In this document: positions 28,801 to 40,800 of the stretch, piece after piece
How the letters are laid out: each line of letters opens with the position of its first letter
How positions within the stretch are numbered: position 1 is the stretch's first letter
Assembly (NCBI GenBank): GCA_949358305.1
Contig: OX442314.1
Location: 5,270,001-5,334,000, forward strand
Direction of reading: 5' to 3'
Length of the DNA stretch: 64,000 nucleotides
Source: Strigamia acuminata
Taxonomy: Eukaryota
Position numbers and translations under genes: made by a program
The notes under the pieces: generated by a model
What the model saw: only the letters and a program-made list of their open reading frames with translations
The model's database searches: none
Told to the model about the DNA's origin: nothing

Positions 28801-31800
28801 TTAAAGACGAGTTGAAGCTCGGCAATATCAAACTAATTCATTTACCTTCAACAGAAATGATCGCGGACTTTTTAACCAAAGCTGTGGCAAAGGATAAATT
28901 CACGGAGGGTCGAAAGGGCGTAAGCTTGAAGGACGAGGGGAAGATGAACGAGATCGAGGAGGAAGAGAAAAATGAAGACAAATAATAATTTATTCATTTT
29001 GTGTTTTTGATATTGTTGAATGTTAATTTTTAAGTTTGTTTCAAAACCCATGATAATTTATAAGCGGGGTTTGTTAGATTATGACGGTTTATAAGTGCTA
29101 TTTATTAATAACACGGCCGAATTTTAAGTGTTTTTTGCGAAACCCGCATTTGTCAATGCTCCGAGTCGCCACTAGATGGCGCGATTATAATTCAGCGGTA
29201 AATTCGAATTGCGAGTTAAGAAAACTGGTAAATAAATATAAGAATATATTTATTTATATGAAACGACACTTTATTAGGATTAATATAAATATATATTAAT
29301 AATTATTGTTCACACTAAGTGATGGGAATCTCTAGTTCAGCAGAAATGGAGATTTGATAATCCATCGATCAACCGATCGATGTGATTGGTGGATCCATTT
29401 CCGGTCCTGGGTATCCAGTTCCGGTTGTGGTGGGAATTAGCATATTGCTCCTCCGTATCCACTTCCGGCGATACGGGATTGGAGGGATTCGTGGAACCCA
29501 TGTTCCAATTGGTTGATTGGATTAATCTCTAATCCAGTCAGGTTATATAAACCCAAACAACCGGCCATCCGGCGGCTCTGTTTGATTATTTCTGTTTGGT
29601 ATTATTACTTAAGAAATATGATTCGTTGTCCATTAAAAAACCTTTTGGTTCTTTGTTGATTTATTCACAAAGAACCGCGGCATGATTCTACCGAATCATG
29701 CAACCACCGGCAATTGAAGCCGACGTATTGGATTGTTATGTTGCATACATGTTTCAAGTTACGGTCTCGCCGAGGAGAACCTGCCTTCTGTGCAATTCAG
29801 TATCCTCCGGGCAGGATTAAGTGGTCATTTTCGGTATGAACGCATCTCGTAACCGCAAGTAAGCACCGGAACTGTTGAGAGTTGGTTCCTTCACCTGTTG
29901 GTGCAAAAGCAGTCTGTTTCACAGTAACCACGAGTAGCACCAAGTGTTTGGCAAGCTGATTCTCATGGTATTTGGTGCCAAAGCAGTCGTTTTGTTATTA
30001 GTACCGCGAAGGGCTAAACTGCTGTGCGGAGCCGCGAGCTATCGACTCCTGTGTACGTGATACCGTCAATCGCTAGACGAACGACCGTGTTGCGGCGCAG
30101 GGGACGCTTGATACCGTTCTGCATGGCAAGGCGTTTTCTATCGATGGCAATTGTGTGTTGCGACGGGAAGTCTAACATTTATCCTTTACGTTTATAACAG
30201 AACAATATTAACTTGGCCACAAGTTAATTAATCAAAGTCAGGAAGACTTAAAAAACAAGAATACATTGAACTCAATGTGACAAATAAGTTGACGACAACT
30301 TATCGATGAAATATCCAGTAGAAAAACTCACAACACTTATGAATTAAATATAATTCATAATTGGAATATTGATAAGTAAATGAATACATTTACTTACACC
30401 AATATCCTCCCAAAGTTGTGGCGGTGCAGACAAAGTCAACCGCAATGCTCAGATCATTCGATTTATCGACGTGCGATAATATTACACAGCGAACCAAGGA
30501 ACCAGCGAAGCCGTATCGGACTCCAGGACACAGCCATCCGGCTTAGATGACATCTATAATCAGGTCGAGCGATGGGGAAACCGCTCCCATCTCCCAGACC
30601 CGTAATGATATTATTTTAGGGCCAGTTGGCCAATTCTTTGTATAGTTTAATAGTTGATTTAACTTGCCAAATGTCGGCATTAGTCCTATGTATAATTTAG
30701 CTCATTTCATATTGTTTGCCAACAATAAACTGTCTTGTATTTATCTCGTATTGTATTCACTGTTTATTTATTGCGATCTCTTCCCGGTACCATTGTTAAA
30801 TGGGAGTTGTGGTCGTCACCGTCACACGTGGAGGTCCCACCGAGATTAGGTTGCAATTAATTCGATTGAATTGTAAAAGTGAATTTTTTTGAGATAAATA
30901 AGGCTAAAAAATTTGTAAATAAATTTTACAAATTGCAGTTTTAGAAAGTACATTCTGTTTTCTCGAAGAAAATGAATAATACAATTCTGGACGAAGGAAT
31001 TGCAACCAGGAATTCTAAATCTATCACACGATGGTTGAGATAGATTTAATCGAAGTATTTAAAAACTAAAAGCTTCGGAGAATTTGATGGATATAAAACA
31101 CAGAATAGTTATATTTTGATATTTACTTTATTTTTCCGTGAAAAAGTAAAAGTAAGACAAGTTTAAACATGTTTAACGAATCGCAAGACAAAGAAAACTT
31201 GCAAAATATGGAACTTCAAAGCAAAATCCAGTATTAAGGAGAAGATATAATAATTGGAAACAATTGACAAAGGTTGAAAGTGAATTTATTTTATTTTTAT
31301 GAAATATATAATTTTGGGAATATTTACAAATAATCTCTCGAAGGAATTTTATTTTATCGGTAAAGACTAAAAGTCGAAAAGAACGGACTTAGTAGAGAAC
31401 TGATGACGAAAATGATACGTTCGTTATACAATCAGTTGATAACGAACCAGCCAATCAGGAACTAGGTGATCTAAGGATCCCCAGCCCCTTGCTATTAAAG
31501 GAGAGCCAGATCAGATTGAGATCATTCGCTTCCAGACCAGACCAGCAGACGTGTTTCAGTAACCATCCTGACTGCGCCATCCGATTCTAGTTACGATTCG
31601 AAGTTTTCCACCGCTAAAATAGTAAAAAAGACCGATTCAATTATATTTTTATAAAATGGATCCAAACAATCTTCCTAACGAAGAAAAAGTGGCTGAAGAA
31701 AAGGCCGTAGAAGAAATAGTTAGCTTGGATTCAAGTTATGTAAAACTTTGTGACCAAACGGAAATGATTCCCGATGAACTCACACAGTTTTGTACGCATT

Positions 31801-34800
31801 ACGAACTAGATAGAACTCAGTTCAAAACCATAATCGAAGCTTCTGAATTTGTGACGAAGCGGGCGTTACGTAACATACGTATTAATCCAACTCCGGAAAA
31901 ACGAGCAGAACTTTCGAAGGAGAGTTCGGCGAACCATAATTCTGGAAAGGACCCAATCCCGTCGCCAAGAGATCTGTCTGAAGAAAACCGATCACGATCT
32001 AAAACTCCACAACGTAAGTTGGGGGATCAAGCAAGAATTAAAACTCCGTCGGTTCGTAACCAAGATATTCGAGAATTATTTCGAACATCAAGCAAGGAAT
32101 CGCTTGATCAGTCCAGTTTAGGAAATAGAACTCCTCACTCCCGCAACGCCAGTTACCACAATACTCCAAGTATTTCGGAGGTAGGAGGATCCAATTTTTC
32201 AACTTTTCAACCTGAAAATGCTAAAAAGCAACCCAATCCACATATTTATACGGAGAATGGGACGAGACATTTTGCCAAACAAACCCCTAGAGGGCGAGGC
32301 AATAAATCCGCCATTCGACGGAAATTATCTCCACTACCATCTCCAGTCTTACCTCAAACTCGACAAGAACAATTGAGATTAGACGAAGTGGAAAAGGAAC
32401 GAATTAGGCTGGAAGCAACTAATCAAAAACAGATTAACGACGAAAAGATTCGCCAAGATAAACTTGAAAAAGAAGTTGTCAATCAAAACGAAGTTCGTAA
32501 GTCGATAGACAAAAACGATAAAATTCTAATTGATCAATTACGGGCCCAATGGCGACAGGAACACGATGAAAAGTTCCAAAAGCAACAAGATCAATACAAT
32601 AAGAAGTGGGCGGAAGTGAACAGAATTGAAGACAATCAACGCAAGCGGGAGAAAACCTTACAGGAAAGCATCCGGCTAAATCTCGCGGCGTCCACTCGGG
32701 CTAGCCATGGTAGTGAACCCCGAGACCAGACAAATCCGTCACGTGCATCTACCGATGACATTCCAAGTTCACATTCCTCGGCAGAAAGTTCTACAGGAAC
32801 TAGACTTCCCTCTGACGGAACTAATATTTCATTTGACTATATTTTGAAAATGCAACAAAATATGGCCGCCCAATTCCAAAAACAATTGGATAGTCGAATA
32901 GATACATTCGTTCAAACTCAACAAACAACTGGGCCGCAACGATCTAATAATCCAGGACCCAGTAAAGTCTTTTTCAAAGGACAAGACCTTCCAGTTTTCG
33001 ATGGAAAACAGGAGGATATAGATAAATTTTTATCAGTAGCTAAAACTGTAGCTATTTCAAAGGGATTAACTCTGGACGAAATGGTTAATCAAGGTATTCC
33101 CACCTATTTGTCCGGATTAGCCCAACAATGGTATGACGAGAATAAAACCAAGTTTACCAACTGGGAAACCTTCGTAGAATTATTTCGTGAAGAATTCGAC
33201 ATGATTCCAACTACTCGACTCCGAAATCTACGAAAAGTAATCCAAGGAGACGATGAACCTTTATATGAATTTCTAGTCAGATTCACTAAAGCCCAAGGAT
33301 CGTACTCCGAAAGAGGAAATGTTGCCACACTTTTCGACAACTTGAATTGGACAAGTTACAATAGATTAATCGATCGAAATCTATACAGGAGCGATTCAGT
33401 GGATAAAATCTTTCAATTCGTACGAACGAATAGAGCACTCTTTGAACCCCAAAGAATCCGTACAGAGAATTCCAAGGAAATTGATAAAGTGGTATCTAAC
33501 AACCAGAAGTATTCTAAAGATACCAAAAATACGAGACCTTCGGCTCGATCCACTCAAATGATGGAAATAGAGCCGGAAGAAGAAATAATGGAAGTCAATG
33601 AGTTGACAGAGAATAATGTATCAATGGATAATTTATTATGTGCCATGTCGGAAAATCAGACAGGGAAATGTTTTCATTGTAAACAACCAGGTCATTTCAA
33701 AAGAGAATGTCCTCTGCTTCCAAAGCGAAAATTTAGCAATAATTTCCCTGGAAATAATAATTCCAATAACAATAGCGCTAATCAGCAGCCGAACGAATTT
33801 AAGCGACCACGCCAAAATTGGGTAACTGCCGAAGCTATTGATCAAAAAATGGAAGAGTTAAAAACTGATATGAATAACAGTATGCAAACAACGATAAGTA
33901 AGACAGTGTCGGATTTATTTAGTAAATTCTTAGACCCGAAGAACGCTACTACGGCACCAATTACTGAAACCCCACCGGTTCCAAAAAACTAGTGGCGGGG
34001 GTCCTCGAGCCCCCTATTAATAATTCCGAAGGAATTTTACCACCAGACTTGGAACAAGCACTTTCCGAAACTTTGGATAATTTAACTATTCAAGATAAAG
34101 AAATTAAGCGTGCTCGTCCTAACCGGAAGACACGGAAAAGGAACTGGAATTATAAGTTTAAAATCGCGTCAAATACGCCCTTTTCGGCAGAGGAGACAGC
34201 AAACCCGTTCTTGAATTTTCACGACGACCTGTTTTCTCTAGATAAGGGGGACGAATCTTTAGCTAGATTGATACAAGATACATCCAATCTTAATATTCGT
34301 GATGAATCCACCAGTTCTAGTGGAGGAGTATTCGAGAATTTACAATCAATGATTGATAATTTGAATCCCGACTCCAAATCCTCCAGATTTGCGAGATTAA
34401 AATCTTACATTAACGAGAATCAGTTAAAACGAAAAGATGGCATCGAACGAATTAATAAATTGGGAAATCACATCGACGACCCCCGAATGAAAATTACAAT
34501 AGGTGGACTCACCTATAATGCTTTGATGGACTCAGGAGCCACACAGTGTTTTATTGGGTTGCAATTACTAAGTAAAACTTGTGCATCTCCCGATTTCATA
34601 CAAGATTGTCCAAAACACATGAGAGTTTGTGCAGTCGGAGTTACTCATATTCCACTAGGACAAATTACTTTGTGTGTACAATGGGCAGATGGAGCAGAAT
34701 TCACACCAATAAATTTTATCATTTTGGATAATAATGTGTGTGGATTAATTATCGGACATAATTTTATGCGCCGAACCAAAATTAATTTAAATCCAGCACG

Positions 34801-37800
34801 AGCTGTATTTACTTGCGACAGCAAGTCCGACTGGACTGCACCCTACGAAACTGACGAGTTAAATTGTAATTTAGCTCGAGTACAAGTGTTGACTGACAAC
34901 GCAACAGCCACACACACGCCAGATAATTGGGAAGAATTGCTGGTAAAGGATTGTGACTGTTCAGATGAGGAAAAAAGTAAATTACGCGAAGTAATTGCTA
35001 GTGTTAAGAACGTCTTTAGAGATAAAGTCGGATGTACTAACATAATAAAGCATAAGATCACCTTTAAAAAGGATGTAACGTGGAAAAAACAACCATTTCG
35101 AATGTATAACCCTGCTAAAATAGCCATTATGACTAAATTAGTAGAAGAATTAGAAGCGGATAATTTGATCGAAAGAGCTACTGGACCTTACATAAGCCAT
35201 CCAGTGATCGTAGCCAAACCAAATGGTACTTATCGTTTATGTATCGATTATCGGTGGTTGAATGCAATCACCGAAATTAACGCCATACAAATGCCAAGTA
35301 TTGATTTGTTACTCCACAATACAAATCAGGCAAAATATTTCACGTCTCTTGACCTTACCAAAGGTTATTATCAGGTCGAGATGGACGAGGAAGATAGACA
35401 GAAAACAGCCTTTTATACTCCGAAAGGCAATTACCAATTTGTCCGCATGCCTTTTGGTCTTTGCAATGCGCCGTGTACATTTCAGTTCTTAATGGAACGA
35501 GTGATGGGCGAAGCATTATACAAACACGCGTTAGTCTATTTGGACGACGTGATAATCTTCTCCACCACTTGGGAGAAACATCTTGAACATATCAAAGATG
35601 TGTTGGAAAGACTAGATAAGGCCAACTTATCAGTAAATAAAGAAAAATCAAAATTTGGAAAAACTACACTCAAATTTTTGGGTCATTTGATAACTCCAAC
35701 CGGATTAGCACCTGACCCAGACAAGATAGTATCCGTTAGGAAATATCCAACTCCTAAGAATTCCAAGGATATTCAACGATTTCATGGCTTGTCAAATTTC
35801 TTCCGGAAATTTATTCCCGAACATGCAAAAATTGCTAGGCCTCTAACTAGCATGATGCATGATAAAGCAGTGTTCGAATGGGGAGAAGAACAAGAGAAAG
35901 CTTTTGAAACAATAAAAAATATTTTATGTGACGAAACACAGGTTTTGTTAATGCCAGATATGATGAAACCATTCGTAATCTTGACAGACGCATCGCATGA
36001 TGGACTTGGTAGTGTGTTATGCCAAGATGTAGAATTCTTCGATGAAGGAAAAAGAGAAATGATCATGACTCCTAGACCCGTAGCTTATGCTAGTCGAGTC
36101 TTACGAGGGGCAGAAGTACGCTACTCAACACCCGAACTCGAGTGTTTAGCAGTAGTATGGGCAGTCGACAAATTCCGACCGTATATCGAATATACGACTT
36201 TTACTTTGGAATCAGACGCCGAAGCATTAAAATGGCTGATGGGAACACCAGAACCATCGGGACGATTTGGTCGTTGGGCAATTAAACTTCAATGTGGCGC
36301 CTTTAAGATTAAATATCGACGAGGTACCCAGAACCAAGTTGCCGACGCCTTCTCGAGAGCGCCTTTGGAGATCGAAGACATCCCAGAGAATGATTATTGT
36401 GAGCCAATCGAGATTACTCAATTCTGGCCGGAATGGGACGGAAATCGAGAAATTATTCGAAGGAATAATAGAGAAGATTGCCAATTTCTCACGAATGTGC
36501 AGCTTCATTTCGATTATTCCAAATTATTATACAATACTTTGGAAAAGGGGGAGAAGATGGATGAAGCTACAGAAGAAACACTATTTAGTGCTTTAACTGA
36601 AGTTTTAAAGGAAGTTCCACCGACTCGAGAAGAAATTATAAAAGCTCAACTAGCCGACAAAGAGTGTAGAATAATAATCGATCATCTGAAACGAGCTGAA
36701 ATCGAACAAAGAAAGTTTAAGAAAACTAAAGAATGGATGAAAGCAGTCCAAGGTTACCAATTAGATTTTCAAGAAGAAAATGGTAATGAAATGCTGATTT
36801 ATTTCAAACCAACGTTTGAAGAGGAATTGAATGACTCTGGAAACGGATTTAAAGCTGTCATTCCACCGTCATTAGTACGAAGAGTACTGTTTGCCTGTCA
36901 CGGACATCCATTAAGTGGACATGCAGGGATGAGTAAGACGCTCGAACGAGCAAAACTTATATATTACTGGCCGAAGATGAATAAAGATACTCGCAATTAC
37001 GTCCGAAGTTGTATTCATTGCCAGCAATACAAGCCCTGTCAACATAAAAAGCATAGAGCGAGTTACACTCCTCATAACATGTCTTACCCGTGGGAAGTAA
37101 TCTGCATTGATTTAATGGGTCCCAAACCGACAGGAAGAAGCCAATACAGATTTGTATTAGTAATTATAGATCAATGTACTAAATGGGTAGAATTATTCCC
37201 TTTAAGTAAGGCATCTAGTGAATCTATTGTGAATAGGTTAGGAGAAGTGATTCATAGATGGGGATACCCAAAGAAAATTGTTAGTGATAACGGGAGCCAA
37301 TTCATATCCACGATTTATGAAGAGTTTTGTAAAAAACACAACATCAGAATGGCTCATGTGAGTCCATATCACGCTCAGGCCAATCCTACGGAAAGGGCCA
37401 ATAGAGACATCAAAATAATGCTGGCTCTTTATTCAGACATTCACTCCCATTGGCCGAGATTCTTAAACGAATTTGCATTTGCCTCGAGAACGGCTAAATC
37501 AGAAGCTACAGGCGCAACGCCATTCTTATTGAACACAGGAAGAAATGTACCTCTTCCCTTTGATCCTCGGATCATTCAACATGCAAATGCATTTGACAAG
37601 AATAACCCGGAAGAATACGTATATAATTTACTTGGAATTTTACGTCGAGCACATCAAGAGATGCATTTGCGTATTCAAGCAAATTATGAGAGACACGACA
37701 AGATTCACAGAAATAAATTTCACATTTGTGAATATACTGTCGGTGATTTGGTATGGAAAGCCACTCACATCCTTTCAAATAAAGAGAAAGGAATTACTAA

Positions 37801-40800
37801 AGGTTTCGCCGAGAAACGAGATGGACCGTGGGAAATTACGGAAGTTTTACCTGGAGGTGCTTATAAGTTGAGAAAATTAGTTGATGGATCAATAGAACCA
37901 TCCATAAATACTGATGATCTCTCACCTTATATCCCATCTTACCCGATTGAGACTTGGACACTCGACCAAAAGAGTGGAAGAATAGAGAATCACCCAAACC
38001 CTGATTGGATGAACGAAAGTTCAACCGTAAATAATTCAAGTGAATTAAATAATCAAGAATTAGGAAATAATTCTGCTAATATGGAATTAGATCCCGAAGA
38101 AGTTACAACACCCGCTTCAAAAGAAAGCGACATCGTAGTTAATAATCCAAAACATGATTATAACCTTAGGAAAAGGAAAAGAAGTTGTGAACTTTCACAA
38201 CTGCAACCTCGTACGAAGCGAATTTCTACGACAGATCAAGAATGCACAACAGATTTTATACATCTGATTCAAGATCGCCGCTAGTGATAGCGTATTTTTT
38301 TAAATAAAAATTTAAAAAAAGATAAAAAATCGGGTCACTTTTTGACCCACAAATTAGTCATGGTTAAATCATAAACCTATAGGAGAATAGGGTGAAAATA
38401 CCCCGGGTAGAGAGTAGAGGATTTGTTCTCTCACAAGCTTCACACACATGTGCGAGTCAACTTTGACACCTGCGTCGATAGAAAAGTTCGTCGCGATTTC
38501 TTTCAAGAAAACCTCGAGATTCGTGGTAAGACTCATGTATTACCAGTAAACTCGGAAAATTATGTGTCAGGACTTAATGTTATAATCCTTTCATGATAGA
38601 AAAGGACGAGAGAAAACTTCGGTGATTAATTTCGTCTGAAAGAGACGAACACGTGACCTCGGCGTGAAGAAGAAAATTTCTCCTTCGAGAAAATTCGAAA
38701 TATCATCACGCCAGTTCAACGTTTACTAGAGTGTTACGTGTAAGTAATGATAAATTTAATATATCAAGAGATATTCACGGCTATTTTATATATAAAATTA
38801 GGATTTCTACGTTGGCGGAGAACACCTTCGCTAAAAACAACGAGTTTTGTCAATTAGAAAATCGGCACCACATCATTTTGAATACTTAAGTGGATTCCGG
38901 AGATTCCTAGTGTAAGTATTCTAAAGATAATTCTATCGAATATTACGAATAGTAAAAAAGCCGCACGTAAAATCCCGATATAAAAATATATCGAAACCAT
39001 CGATAAAGTTGATAAATTTTCACGATAGATGGCGGTATAAATTTTGTTAAATAAATCGTATTGATAAGATTCTCTATATTATTTTCTCTAGAAAAAATGG
39101 GAAAAAAGATCGAAAAAAAGAGAAAATACGTGTTGGTCGAATCCTCGCCTTTGGAGATCGAAGACATCCCAGAGAATGATTATTGTGAGCCAATCGAGAT
39201 TACTCAATTCTGGCCGGAATGGGACGGAAATCGAGAAATTATTCGAAGGAATAATAGAGAAGATTGCCAATTTCTCACGAATGTGCAGCTTCATTTCGAT
39301 TATTCCAAATTATTATACAATACTTTGGAAAAGGGGGAGAAGATGGATGAAGCTACAGAAGAAACACTATTTAGTGCTTTAACTGAAGTTTTAAAGGAAG
39401 TTCCACCGACTCGAGAAGAAATTATAAAAGCTCAACTAGCCGACAAAGAGTGTAGAATAATAATCGATCATCTGAAACGAGATGAAATCGAACAAAGAAA
39501 GTTTAAGAAAACTAAAGAATGGATGAAAGCAGTCCAAGGTTACCAATTAGATTTTCAAGAAGAAAATGGTAATGAAATGCTGATTTATTTCAAACCAACG
39601 TTTGAAGAGGAATTGAATGACTCTGGAAACGGATTTAAAGCTGTCATTCCACCGTCATTAGTACGAAGAGTACTGTTTGCCTGTCACGGACATCCATTAA
39701 GTGGACATGCAGGGATGAGTAAGACGCTCGAACGAGCAAAACTTATATATTACTGGCCGAAGATGAATAAAGATACTCGCAATTACGTCCGAAGTTGTAT
39801 TCATTGCCAGCAATACAAGCCCTGTCAACATAAAAAGCATAGAGCGAGTTACACTCCTCATAACATGTCTTACCCGTGGGAAGTAATCTGCATTGATTTA
39901 ATGGGTCCCAAACCGACAGGAAGAAGCCAATACAGATTTGTATTAGTAATTATAGATCAATGTACTAAATGGGTAGAATTATTCCCTTTAAGTAAGGCAT
40001 CTAGTGAATCTATTGTGAATAGGTTAGGAGAAGTGATTCATAGATGGGGATACCCAAAGAAAATTGTTAGTGATAACGGGAGCCAATTCATATCCACGAT
40101 TTATGAAGAGTTTTGTAAAAAACACAACATCAGAATGGCTCATGTGAGTCCATATCACGCTCAGGCCAATCCTACGGAAAGGGCCAATAGAGACATCAAA
40201 ATAATGCTGGCTCTTTATTCAGACATTCACTCCCATTGGCCGAGATTCTTAAACGAATTTGCATTTGCCTCGAGAACGGCTAAATCAGAAGCTACAGGCG
40301 CAACGCCATTCTTATTGAACACAGGAAGAAATGTACCTCTTCCCTTTGATCCTCGGATCATTCAACATGCAAATGCATTTGACAAGAATAACCCGGAAGA
40401 ATACGTATATAATTTACTTGGAATTTTACGTCGAGCACATCAAGAGATGCATTTGCGTATTCAAGCAAATTATGAGAGACACGACAAGATTCACAGAAAT
40501 AAATTTCACATTTGTGAATATACTGTCGGTGATTTGGTATGGAAAGCCACTCACATCCTTTCAAATAAAGAGAAAGGAATTACTAAAGGTTTCGCCGAGA
40601 AACGAGATGGACCGTGGGAAATTACGGAAGTTTTACCTGGAGGTGCTTATAAGTTGAGAAAATTAGTTGATGGATCAATAGAACCATCCATAAATACTGA
40701 TGATCTCTCACCTTATATCCCATCTTACCCGATTGAGACTTGGACACTCGACCAAAAGAGTGGAAGAATAGAGAATCACCCAAACCCTGATTGGATGAAC

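Noticed and set aside
24638..29299. Short antisense and alternate-frame ORFs over the Copia and LTRs
   Set aside because: Shadows of the long retroelement ORFs or LTR sequence, with no independent evidence.
31398..31437. CTGATGA..GAAA as a hammerhead ribozyme core
   Set aside because: No stem II between CTGATGA and GAAA; it folds as a simple hairpin.
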